In this document: piece after piece, positions 1 to 9,039 of the stretch
Layout: every line of letters starts with the position of its first letter
How positions within the stretch are numbered: the stretch's first letter is position 1
Source: Candidatus Methanomethylophilaceae archaeon
GTDB lineage: Archaea; Thermoplasmatota; Thermoplasmata; Methanomassiliicoccales; Methanomethylophilaceae
NCBI GenBank assembly: GCA_050950505.1
Contig: JBMNHS010000001.1
Span: forward strand, 960,001-1,024,000
Length of the DNA: 64,000 nucleotides
Reading direction: 5' to 3'
Made by a program: the position numbers and the translations under genes
The notes under the pieces: model-generated
The model's database searches: none
The model's input: only the letters and a program-made list of their open reading frames with translations
Told to the model about the DNA's origin: nothing

Positions 1-381
1 TTGGATGACGGCAAAGTTCCCGTGATATACCCAATAGGTTCCGACGGAAAAGAACGGCTGAACGTAAACGCGGACACCATGGCTGCGGGCATAGCCGCGG
101 CAATGAAATGTGACGAGATGATAGCGGTCACCGACGTTCCAGGGGTTTTAAGAAACGTCAATGACCCTTCGTCTCTGTACGGCCGCCTCACGGTAAAAGA
201 AGTCTATGCGTTGATAGAAGACGGCACGATTCACGGAGGCATGATTCCGAAAGTGGAAGCCTGCGTGAACGCGGTGCGCGCGGGTGCCCGCGCGGTCCGC
301 ATGGTGAACGGCAAAGATCCGAATAAAATATTGTCCGACATAACTGACGGACGGGACAAGGGCACAGTAATTACGGAGTGA
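1..381 (+). CDS. argB: Acetylglutamate kinase, C-terminal part (5' truncated by the window)
   Basis: LNVNADTMA, TDVPGVL and GGMIPKVEAC motifs of the amino-acid kinase family; directly upstream of argD. Confidence 0.9.
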   Translation: MDDGKVPVIYPIGSDGKERLNVNADTMAAGIAAAMKCDEMIAVTDVPGVLRNVNDPSSLYGRLTVKEVYALIEDGTIHGGMIPKVEACVNAVRAGARAVRMVNGKDPNKILSDITDGRDKGTVITE

Positions 382-387
382 TTGAGG

Positions 388-1563
388 ATGAACATGGAAG
401 AAATAAAGAAAACAGGGGAAAAGTACCTGTTTCAGAACTACGGACGTCAGAACATAGCGTTCACCCACGGAAAAGGATGTTATCTTTACGATACCGAAGG
501 CAACGAGTATCTGGATCTGGTGGCCGGAATCGCAGTGAACGCGTTGGGATACGCACATCCCGATTGGGTCAAGGCCGTCACCGAACAGGCCGGACGTCTG
601 GTTCACACCTCAAATCTGTATCATGTCAAGGAGCAGGCCGAATTGGCGGAAAAGATAGCTTCCGTATCTCCGGGAAGTCTTGACCGCACACTGTTCGTGA
701 ACAGCGGGGCGGAAGCCAACGAAGGAGCGTTGAAACTTGCCGTGCGCTACACGGGAAGGAACAGAATAATCTCAGCTTTGAACAGTTTTCACGGCCGCAC
801 CGCCGCATCCCTCGGAGCCACGGGTCAGACGAAATATCAGAATACTTTTGAATCACTGATCAGCGGAGCTTATGACTATTATGATTACGGCGACGAAGAG
901 TCCGTCAAATCCGTAATCGGCAAAGACACCGCCGCGTTGCTCGTTGAACCCATTCAGGGGGAAGGCGGAGTCGTGACCGCACCGAAAGAATTCTTCCGTG
1001 CCGTCCGCGACATATGCACCGACAACGGAACTCTGATGATTGTCGATGAAGTGCAGACGGGTATCGGACGTACCGGAAAATGGTTCGGAATCGAGAACTA
1101 CGGCGTGATTCCCGATGTGATGACCCTCGCCAAAGGATTGGGCGGAGGAGTTCCCGTAGGGGCCGTTGTCACCACCGAAGAAATATCGAAGACCATGACC
1201 CCGGGTTCCCACGGAACAACCTTCGGGGGAAATCCCCTGGTATGCGCCGCGGGTTCCGCCGTAATCGACGTAATGAAACGGGACAACATCGTGGAGAAGG
1301 TCGCGGACCTGGGAACACGTTGGATGAAGGAACTGGAATCCGTCAAATCTTCGAAAATATCGGAAATCCGCGGTTGCGGACTGATCATAGGCATAGAAAT
1401 GAAATCTCCCGAAACCGCTATTGAGGTTCAGAAACACTGTTTCGACAACGGTGTTCTTGTCAACGTATGCCACGGAAACGTCGTGCGTCTGATACCTCCG
1501 CTGATAGTGAACGATGAAGAGAAGGACAGATTCACTTCGTTGTTCGCGGAGATTGTCGGTTGA
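388..1563 (+). CDS. argD: Acetylornithine aminotransferase (class III PLP enzyme)
   Basis: NSGAEANE, FHGRT, EPIQGEGG, DEVQTGIGRTG, AKGLGGG and HGTTFGGNP motifs; start could be 382, 388 or 394. Confidence 0.92.
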   Translation: MNMEEIKKTGEKYLFQNYGRQNIAFTHGKGCYLYDTEGNEYLDLVAGIAVNALGYAHPDWVKAVTEQAGRLVHTSNLYHVKEQAELAEKIASVSPGSLDRTLFVNSGAEANEGALKLAVRYTGRNRIISALNSFHGRTAASLGATGQTKYQNTFESLISGAYDYYDYGDEESVKSVIGKDTAALLVEPIQGEGGVVTAPKEFFRAVRDICTDNGTLMIVDEVQTGIGRTGKWFGIENYGVIPDVMTLAKGLGGGVPVGAVVTTEEISKTMTPGSHGTTFGGNPLVCAAGSAVIDVMKRDNIVEKVADLGTRWMKELESVKSSKISEIRGCGLIIGIEMKSPETAIEVQKHCFDNGVLVNVCHGNVVRLIPPLIVNDEEKDRFTSLFAEIVG

Positions 1564-1813
1564 ACCTGCGGTCTTCCGAATTCGGAAAATACACAAAGAA
1601 CTCCGGACGGACGGGACGGGTAAACTCAGAAAAACCATTTTGGTTTCCGATGCTTCGGAAACCGTATCCCGCCGTTCCGGACATCATGACACAAGAAGAC
1701 GGATGTTCTGTGAATCCGGAGATTAAATTCCCGGCCGGACGAAAACCGTCCCGGTGTGCATCATCACCGTTCTGAATATCGAATCGACATCCTGCCGCCC
1801 GGATATGCCCGAT

Positions 1814-1902
1814 TTGCAATCCCCGCGGGTGCGTGCCTATTCGTTTGTGTGGGAATTTTCTGGTGCACACCTCCTTGCAATCCCCGCGGGTGCGTGCTTA
1901 TT
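1814..1902. repeat. Two direct repeats (23 bp identical, about 28 bp with one mismatch) at 61-bp period; CRISPR-like mini-array candidate
   Basis: TTGCAATCCCCGCGGGTGCGTGC at 1814-1836 and 1875-1897, each followed by YTATT; 33-bp unique spacer at 1842-1874. Confidence 0.75.
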
Positions 1903-2058
1903 GTTATCAAATGAATATTAAGAGAATTCCTGCAGATTTTATTCAAATGATCGCAATGACTGAAAATCCTTAGCAACAATAAGGACAGGGTTCGCAAATT
2001 AATGTTTTCATTGAAAGGAAACGATCTTTTCAATCACTGATGCAGATTAAAATTTTTG

Positions 2059-2099
2059 TTAGGATAGCCTAAATTTATATACTATTTAGGTATTCCTAA
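2059..2099 (+). promoter_or_regulatory. feo promoter: TATA box flanked by two TTAGG-N4-CCTAA palindromes (DtxR/IdeR-like metal-repressor boxes)
   Basis: TTAGGATAGCCTAA 2059-2072, TTTATATA about 2074-2081, TTAGGTATTCCTAA 2086-2099, just before the feoA ATG at 2104. Confidence 0.75.
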
Positions 2100-2103
2100 C
2101 TTT

Positions 2104-2418
2104 ATGAGAAAAACGTGTAACGGACACTGCGGTTCATGCGGCGGATGTCCTGTCGAAACAGAATTCGTGGAAACCGCGCCCGTTGCCGGAGGCATACCTC
2201 TGGCGACAATGGGAAACGGTGACTGCGGAAAGATTGTCCGTGTTGCGGGCAAAACTGAACAGAGAAGATTCCTTTCCGATCTCGGGCTCGTGGCGGGTAC
2301 CGACATATCCATCGTGAACACTGTATCGGGAAACATTCTTCTGGACGTCAAAGGCACGAGAATTGCCATGGACAGATCCATGGCATCGAGAATATTCATC
2401 GTACCCGGGGTATGCTGA
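2104..2418 (+). CDS. feoA: FeoA-domain protein with an N-terminal Cys-rich extension
   Basis: FeoA pattern RRFLSDLGLVAG...VKGTRIAM; N-terminal CNGHCGSCGGC. Confidence 0.8.
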   Translation: MRKTCNGHCGSCGGCPVETEFVETAPVAGGIPLATMGNGDCGKIVRVAGKTEQRRFLSDLGLVAGTDISIVNTVSGNILLDVKGTRIAMDRSMASRIFIVPGVC

Positions 2419-2642
2419 TGATTATGACGTTGAAGGATGTGCCCCTCGGCAGTTCCGCCAAGGTGGTCAAGGTTAACGCAAAAGGCCCCATGAGGCGCAG
2501 GATAATGGACATGGGATTGACCAAAGGCAGTACGGTTTTCGTAAGGAAAGTCGCTCCTCTGGGAGATCCTCTTGAAATCTGCGTGAGAGGTTACGAACTC
2601 AGTCTTAGAAAAAGCGAAGCCGAAGTAATAGAAGTGGAGTGA
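2418..2642 (+). CDS. feoA: Ferrous iron transport protein A
   Basis: RRRIMDMGLTKG, APLGDP and VRGYELSLRK are canonical FeoA motifs. Confidence 0.93.
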   Translation: MIMTLKDVPLGSSAKVVKVNAKGPMRRRIMDMGLTKGSTVFVRKVAPLGDPLEICVRGYELSLRKSEAEVIEVE

Positions 2643-2698
2643 TTTTTCTTGTATTCATTCGAGTACGGACAGCGTGAGCTTTCGACGGAGGCGGTGCA

Positions 2699-4822
2699 AT
2701 GAGCATAACCGTCGCCCTGGCGGGGAACCCGAACAGCGGAAAGACCACACTGTTCAACAGACTGACGGGAAGTTCCCAGAAAGTGGGCAACTGGCCCGGA
2801 GTGACCATAGACAGGAAAGAAGGGGAAATAAAAGAACTGGGAGCCACCGTTGTGGATCTTCCTGGAATTTATTCCCTTTCTCCTTATTCGCCGGAAGAAA
2901 TCGTATCCCGGGATTATTTGCTTTATGACGACCCGGACGTTGTCGTCAATATTGTCGACGCGACCAACATGGAAAGGAATCTGTATCTCACGACTCAGAT
3001 TCTGGACATGGGCATTCCCACCGTGATTGCACTCAACATGATGGACGAGGTCGAAAAGCAAGGTTCCAAGATAGACATCGAAGAGCTTTCCCGCATACTG
3101 GGATGCAAAGTCGTCGGAATTTCCGCCCTCAAAGGAGACGGCATGGACGAGTTGATCGAAACTCTGAAATCCGTTCCGGAAAAACCCAAACCGATCAGAC
3201 TTGCGAAGGCTTCCGAAAACACTATCGGAAAAATATCCAAAGTTCTTGAAGGAGACGTTTCTGAAGACAAACTGAGATGGTTTGCGGTCAAAGTTCTTGA
3301 AAAAGACGAACTGGCCATCGAAAGAATCGGAGATCTCTGGAACGATGTGACGGGATTCATCGAAGAGCTGGAAGAAGCCGATGACGATGAATCCGATTCC
3401 ATTGTGGCGTCCGAAAGATACGACGCCATCGGAGAGATAGTATCCAAAGTGCTGGTTTCCAACAAAGTCCCCGGTGAACTCACCGTATCGGACAAAATTG
3501 ACAAAATCGTTACCAGCAAGTGGCTCGGGCTCCCGATTTTCGCGGGAGTCATGTTTGTTGTTTACTACATATCGATAACCACCATCGGAGGATGGGGAAC
3601 CGATTGGGTGAATGACGTGTTTTTTGCCGAAATGGTGATTCCCGGAGTGGAATCATACCTTGAAAGCATAGACGTGGCTCCGTTGCTGGTTGCCTTCGTG
3701 GTTGACGGGTTGTTGGCGGGTGTGGGCGCGGTTCTCGGATTCCTTCCGCAGATGGCCGTGCTGTTCCTGCTGCTCGTGATTCTTGAAGATACCGGATACA
3801 TGGCGAGAATTGCCTTCATAATGGACCGTGTGTTCAGAAGATTCGGTCTCTCCGGAAAGTCATTCATTCCTCTGCTGATAGGAACCGGATGCGGCGTACC
3901 CGGAATCATGGCTTCCAGAACCATCGAAAGTGAAAGGGACAGAAAAATAACGGCCATGACCACCACTTTCGTTCCCTGTTCCGCGAAGTTGCCGATCATC
4001 GCACTTATTGCCGGCGCATGGTTCGACAAGTCCGCGTTGGTCGCACTTGCATCGTATTTCATAGGAATACTCGCGGTGTTGATTTCCGGCATAATACTCA
4101 AAAAGTGGCCTTCACTGACGGGAACCCCGTCGGAGTTCATCATGGAATTGCCTCCGTACAGAACTCCCGGACCCGTTGCCGTCGTGAAGTCCGCACTGGA
4201 GAAGGTATGGTCTTTCGTTAAGAAAGCCGGTACCTTCATCATGCTGGCCTGCGGTATCATCTGGTTCCTTTCGGCCTTTGACTGGTCATTGACATTGGTG
4301 GATGACATCAACGATTCGATTCTGGCCAATTTGGGCAATGCGGTGACCTGGATATTCGTTCCCCTGGGATGGGGTACGGAATGGCAGTTCACCGTCGGTA
4401 CCATAACCGGACTCCTGGCGAAAGAGAACGTGATCGGTACCTTCGGAGTATTGTTCGGATATGCGGACATAGCCGAAACCGGAGAGGACATCTGGGGAAT
4501 AATTTCGTCCATGGTAACCCCTGTGGCGGGATTCTCTTTCCTGGTGTTCAACCTGCTGTGCGCACCGTGTTTCGCGGCAATCGGCGCCATGAGGCGTGAA
4601 CTGGGATCCTGGAAGGCCACCGGAGCGGCGGTTCTGTACCAGACAATGCTGGCTTACGCGGTGTCCATGATAATCTACCAGATCGGAGTTCTGGCGATTT
4701 ACGGAACCTTCGGACTCTGGACGGTGATATCGTTTATCACGGTTGCAGTGATGGCGTACATACTGATCAGCAAGGACCCCTTCGGTCAATACCGAAAGAG
4801 GGCCACGGAGGTTGCAATATGA
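2699..4822 (+). CDS. feoB: Ferrous iron transport protein B
   Basis: GNPNSGKT, NWPGVT, DLPGIYS and NMMD GTPase motifs followed by a polytopic membrane domain (GCGVPGIMA, PCSAKLP). Confidence 0.96.
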   Translation: MSITVALAGNPNSGKTTLFNRLTGSSQKVGNWPGVTIDRKEGEIKELGATVVDLPGIYSLSPYSPEEIVSRDYLLYDDPDVVVNIVDATNMERNLYLTTQILDMGIPTVIALNMMDEVEKQGSKIDIEELSRILGCKVVGISALKGDGMDELIETLKSVPEKPKPIRLAKASENTIGKISKVLEGDVSEDKLRWFAVKVLEKDELAIERIGDLWNDVTGFIEELEEADDDESDSIVASERYDAIGEIVSKVLVSNKVPGELTVSDKIDKIVTSKWLGLPIFAGVMFVVYYISITTIGGWGTDWVNDVFFAEMVIPGVESYLESIDVAPLLVAFVVDGLLAGVGAVLGFLPQMAVLFLLLVILEDTGYMARIAFIMDRVFRRFGLSGKSFIPLLIGTGCGVPGIMASRTIESERDRKITAMTTTFVPCSAKLPIIALIAGAWFDKSALVALASYFIGILAVLISGIILKKWPSLTGTPSEFIMELPPYRTPGPVAVVKSALEKVWSFVKKAGTFIMLACGIIWFLSAFDWSLTLVDDINDSILANLGNAVTWIFVPLGWGTEWQFTVGTITGLLAKENVIGTFGVLFGYADIAETGEDIWGIISSMVTPVAGFSFLVFNLLCAPCFAAIGAMRRELGSWKATGAAVLYQTMLAYAVSMIIYQIGVLAIYGTFGLWTVISFITVAVMAYILISKDPFGQYRKRATEVAI

Positions 4823-4956
4823 ATCTGGCAACTATCCTCGTGGGATTGGGCGTTGCGGCTTTCCTCATAGCTGCCGCATACTTCACGATAAAGGATTTCA
4901 GAACCGGCGGTTGCGCAAGTTGCAAGAATCGTGACAAGTGCAGTAAAAAACGTTGA
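4819..4956 (+). CDS. FeoB-associated Cys-rich small membrane protein (45 aa; not in ORF track)
   Basis: ATGA overlap with the feoB stop; MNLATILVGLGVAAFLIAAAYFTIKDFRTGGCASCKNRDKCSKKR gives one TM helix plus CxxC..C. Confidence 0.82.
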   Translation: MNLATILVGLGVAAFLIAAAYFTIKDFRTGGCASCKNRDKCSKKR

Positions 4957-5134
4957 CGGCGTACAAAGAGGGGATAAACTGCGGTATCTGTCCGAAACAG
5001 GGCAGTTTTTACCGTAACATCCCTTCTTCGACGGCGTTTATGTTCAATACCGTGAGTAAACTTCAATCCTAAACTTTTTCCATTATTTTTGTTTCTAATA
5101 TAACATAATATACTTAGAAAATCATCTCTGATTT

Positions 5135-5821
5135 ATGTCGAAGCAAATGACCAAAGAGAGTCTTGCGGAGAAAACCCGTGTTTATATCGACACGCATCCG
5201 AGCATCAAAGACTGTGTCGCCAAAGGATTGGTGAACTACTCTGCTTTGGCGCGGAAAATTATGAAAGACATCGGTGTGGACAACGAAGAGGCGGTAATGA
5301 TTGCCTGCCGCAGATACGCTTCGAAACTCGGCAAATCATCCAATCACGAAATGGAGATACTCAGTGTCCTCAAAGACAGCAGATTGGAGATGCGAACCAA
5401 GACTTGCATTGTAACCGCAAAGAACGATTGGTCTGTGCTTCACAAAATGGACAACCTTTTCAAAGACCTGTGGAACGAGAAATCGATTATGCAGGTGGTT
5501 CAGTCGGCTTCGGCGGTCACAATCATCGCCGACAAGATGCTGAAAGACAGAATCATGGACACCGTCGGAAGATTCAACATCATCAAGGTAAGGGAAAATC
5601 TTGTTGAAATCGTCGTGAAGTCCCCGGAAAAGATTGTGGAAACCACAGGTGTGATTGCATATCTGATCACGAATTTATCCGATGCGGGGATTAACATAGA
5701 GGAAACCGTCAGTTGTTACACCGATACGATTTTCATCGTCGACGAAGGGGATATGATCGACGCTTATTCCGTGCTGACGAAATGCATACAGTCCGCCGAA
5801 GAAACCTTCACCGAAGAATAA
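5135..5821 (+). CDS. Archaeal ACT-domain regulatory protein with N-terminal HTH-like region
   Basis: GLVNYSALAR N-terminus; C-terminal ACT-like GVIAYLITNLSDAGINIEETVSCYTDTIFIV. Confidence 0.75.
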   Translation: MSKQMTKESLAEKTRVYIDTHPSIKDCVAKGLVNYSALARKIMKDIGVDNEEAVMIACRRYASKLGKSSNHEMEILSVLKDSRLEMRTKTCIVTAKNDWSVLHKMDNLFKDLWNEKSIMQVVQSASAVTIIADKMLKDRIMDTVGRFNIIKVRENLVEIVVKSPEKIVETTGVIAYLITNLSDAGINIEETVSCYTDTIFIVDEGDMIDAYSVLTKCIQSAEETFTEE

Positions 5822-6247
5822 TCATTCTTCGACGTCGAGACCGGCGATTCTGAGTTCGTTCATGAACCGATATTTGTCCTTGGGGGAAATCACCACGGCG
5901 GAAGATGTGCCGAAGTTGATTCTCACGACGTCGCGGGACATTCCGTAATACAGTGCGGCATCATCCCGTTCCGTATCCACGGATGTGATTTTATCGAATG
6001 CCACATAAAGCGGACCGTCAACGGAATCTATCGTCACCGTGTCGGAAGTCAGGGTGTAAGTTGTTTTGCGGTACACCGTTACCGAAGCAACAAGGATGAA
6101 AACGAGAATTCCGATTGCAAGTATGCACAATAACGTTCCGATCCAACCGGGACGGACCAATATCCATGCCGCAATTACCAGTATCATCAGCATCGGAACC
6201 GACCAGAACCAGCCTCCGATACGGCTTTTGTACACAGAATCATCCAT
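5822..6247 (-). CDS. Two-TM membrane protein with bacterial PH-like domain
   Basis: Two N-terminal hydrophobic helices, then TYTLT...ITSV...VVISPKDKYRF pattern. Confidence 0.6.
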   Translation of the reverse strand: MDDSVYKSRIGGWFWSVPMLMILVIAAWILVRPGWIGTLLCILAIGILVFILVASVTVYRKTTYTLTSDTVTIDSVDGPLYVAFDKITSVDTERDDAALYYGMSRDVVRINFGTSSAVVISPKDKYRFMNELRIAGLDVEE

Positions 6248-6482
6248 GGTGATGGAATGTGGCGGACCTTTATATTATTTACATTTTTTTAACGCGCATA
6301 TATTCCGAAACAACTCAGCACCGTACAATACGAAAAAAAGATACCCAGGTTCCACAACCTCACTCAATAATTATTGAATATCGAGGAAGGAATACGAAAG
6401 GAATGTTTTGCTCACACAAATTCGATTACGATTGGAATTTGATACAATCGTAAAAATTACGTAAGAAGTTTACCGATGTCGT

Positions 6483-6659
6483 TTATTTGGAAGGTTCCCA
6501 CTTGCATCTTGCGGGAGATGTGATGGATCCGTCCGCTTTCATCTCTTTGAACGCTTTATCGATTTCTTTTTTGTCGAGGCCGGTCGCTTTCTGAACTTCG
6601 GTCGCGCTCATGGGTTTGCCCGCATCCTTCATGGCTTTCAATACAGCTTCCTTTGTCAT
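6483..6659 (-). CDS. Small winged-helix (MarR-like) protein, 58 aa (not in ORF track)
   Basis: MTKEAVLKAMKDAGKPMSATEVQKATGLDKKEIDKAFKEMKADGSITSPARCKWEPSK translated by hand. Confidence 0.78.
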   Translation of the reverse strand: MTKEAVLKAMKDAGKPMSATEVQKATGLDKKEIDKAFKEMKADGSITSPARCKWEPSK

Positions 6660-6972
6660 GTTTATCGATTCTGCTTATGAACATTCTCTTAAAAATAATG
6701 ATGGGCGCACAAGGAATGTGCAAATCCGCATTCAGTAGATTTGGCTGTATTGAAAACTCTGCCCGGGTTCACTCTAAGTAAATACCCGCCTCAATCGTCA
6801 TGATACGCGTATTTTATCAAAATCAATTGAATAAAAACAATGGTGCGGATTCAGGGCAGCATGGTTTTTTGCAACCTTAATACTTTTTAAAACGATAAAT
6901 TAAAGCAAAAATTACACTTTGCTTGATGTTATATAGATGTAATTTCCTATCAAAAACAGGGGGAAAATAAAC

Positions 6973-8019
6973 TTGAAAATGACTTCAAAGGAAAGGTCGT
7001 TGGCAGTTTTCAGAGGGGAATTGCCTGACCGTGCCCCGGTGTGTGATTTTGACAATACGTCCATGTTGTCCCATTATGGATATGTACTGAACGATTGCAG
7101 AGCCAACTCATCAGTGAGCAATGAAATAATGACAAAATGGGCAAAGGATTCGATGTCCGATCTCGTATTTGGACCGATAGAATCCAAAGGTATATTTTTG
7201 GATATTCCGGGGCTGGAGGTTAAGTTACCGGAAAACAACCAAGGTTCGCTCAAGAATGTGTACTTTAATTCTATCGAAGAGGTTGAAACAAAGGATTTAC
7301 CTAACCCTCTGGACGAAAAAGAGACTCCGAAATTTCATGAATATGTGGTAAACATGTTAAAATCCCAATGGGAAACGTTGAAAGACGTCTCGTCTCCTGC
7401 ATGGTCCGAGGGAACGTTGACCACAACCGGATTCCTTTACGGTGCGGAAACGCTTCTGATGGACATGCTTCTTGAACCGAACAATGCCATAAAAGTGATT
7501 TCAAAATGTGCCGCATATTCAGAAAAATTGGTCAGAGCCCAACTTGAACGTTTTGATGCGGATTATGTGATTTACACGGACCCCGTTGCGTCTGCGGATA
7601 TGATTGACGATGTAATGTTCCGCAAATACAATCTGAATCCTCTACGCACAAACATAACCGGCTGGAAGAGAGACTTCGGTGTCAATGCAATGCTTCACAT
7701 ATGCGGGGATACCACGCCGATGTTGAAGGACTTGGTTGAAACGGGTGCGAGAGCTGTCAGTTTGGATCACAAAGTAGATTTGGCCGAAGCCAGAAGAATC
7801 CTGGGCAAGGATGAGGTAATCGTCGGAAATATAGATCCTGTCAGAATTCTGATGAAAGGTTCTCCGGAAGAAGTCTATGCCGCATCCGAAAAATGTTTCA
7901 ATGATGCCGGAAAAGACGGAAATTTTGTTTTCGCCGCAGGTTGTGCTGTGCCGATAGGAACATCGTTGGAGAATATACGTCAGTTTGCAATGGTTTCCAA
8001 GAACAACGCGTACAACTGA
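6973..8019 (+). CDS. UroD/MtaA-family protein, probable methylcobamide:CoM methyltransferase homolog
   Basis: GELPDRAPV start, DPVAS, HICG Zn ligands, GNIDPV and C-terminal AGC; TTG start. Confidence 0.75.
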   Translation: MKMTSKERSLAVFRGELPDRAPVCDFDNTSMLSHYGYVLNDCRANSSVSNEIMTKWAKDSMSDLVFGPIESKGIFLDIPGLEVKLPENNQGSLKNVYFNSIEEVETKDLPNPLDEKETPKFHEYVVNMLKSQWETLKDVSSPAWSEGTLTTTGFLYGAETLLMDMLLEPNNAIKVISKCAAYSEKLVRAQLERFDADYVIYTDPVASADMIDDVMFRKYNLNPLRTNITGWKRDFGVNAMLHICGDTTPMLKDLVETGARAVSLDHKVDLAEARRILGKDEVIVGNIDPVRILMKGSPEEVYAASEKCFNDAGKDGNFVFAAGCAVPIGTSLENIRQFAMVSKNNAYN

Positions 8020-8031
8020 TATCAAAACAAA

Positions 8032-8075
8032 ACCGTATCCGGCATGGTCGGGTACGGTAATTTTCTCTTTATTTT
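8032..8075 (+). terminator. Hairpin plus T-tract terminator
   Basis: ACCGTATCCGGC/GTCGGGTACGGT inverted repeat followed by T-rich run after the MtaA-like gene. Confidence 0.55.
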
Positions 8076-8146
8076 TTGACGCATGTTTTCAAAACCAATA
8101 TCGATTGAAAGTGTAAGATTAAACGTTCCTTCGTTTATACCGCCAT

Positions 8147-8449
8147 ATGAGTGAATTTTTATCCATCGGGCTGATAGCGGGATTTTTCACTACGTTGGGG
8201 TATACGCCTCAGATTGTCAAGGGATACCGGACAGGCAGGATGGACGATGTTTCCATACTGATGCCTTTATTGTTGATGATAGGTCTGGGTCTATGGTTGA
8301 TTTACGGTCTTGTCATGGATGATTTTCCTATAATATTTTGGAATGCCATAGCCGTGGTTTTCAACTTTCTGATAATTGTGATGAAGTTGCATTATGATAA
8401 AAAAAGCAGAGGGGCTGAAAAGCTGCCCCCGGATGAGGATTTGTTGTGA
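8147..8449 (+). CDS. SemiSWEET / PQ-loop family small transporter
   Basis: TTLGYTPQIVK, DVSI, WLIYG and PIIFWN motifs; three TM helices. Confidence 0.85.
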   Translation: MSEFLSIGLIAGFFTTLGYTPQIVKGYRTGRMDDVSILMPLLLMIGLGLWLIYGLVMDDFPIIFWNAIAVVFNFLIIVMKLHYDKKSRGAEKLPPDEDLL

Positions 8450-9039
8450 AAAACATCCGATCCGTAGTGATGATTCAAACCCGACCGGATGCAAACCAAT
8501 CACAAACTTCAAAGATTTCTGTTCATCAATTCTTCTGAAACTATGCAGTGAACTCTCAATACGGTTTTACCGAACAAAACCGAATCACGACTTTGTGTCT
8601 TGATATTTCCTTCAGTCTTTCATCAGCAACCAAAGTATTATCCAATCAAAAATGCCCCATTTTTTCATTCTTAATTTCTCCCAGTCTGTAAGACTTGGTT
8701 AAAAATTCATTTGATTCTTTATAAAACGACTCATTTTTATTTAAATACTGAAGCAGCTCCGGTAAAATTCAAAACTGAAAACTTCTTTCATTTGTTAATT
8801 TGGATTGGGGCGGTCGGTGAATATACAGTAAGCAAATTTTCATGAATACGGATAGAAATCACGCGGGGGAAGACATTTCATCGTTACTTCTTTTTTTTTC
8901 AAATCCGATATTTGTCTTTAATTATTTCTGTAAAAATTAAAATTAACGGACATAACGGCTTTAAATACTATTGTAAAGGTTTATTTTTATTAACGTTAAG
9001 GGTATTAATATACATACTAAAAAAAACAATACTTCGCAC

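Noticed and set aside
1741-1775. Possible third degenerate copy of the CRISPR-like repeat
   Set aside because: Weak similarity (GTCCCGGTGTGCATC) and off the 61-bp register
8500-8800. Possible decayed minus-strand ORF (ILPELLQYLNKNESFYKE...)
   Set aside because: Short, interrupted by stops, and no recognisable homology; cannot be supported without a search
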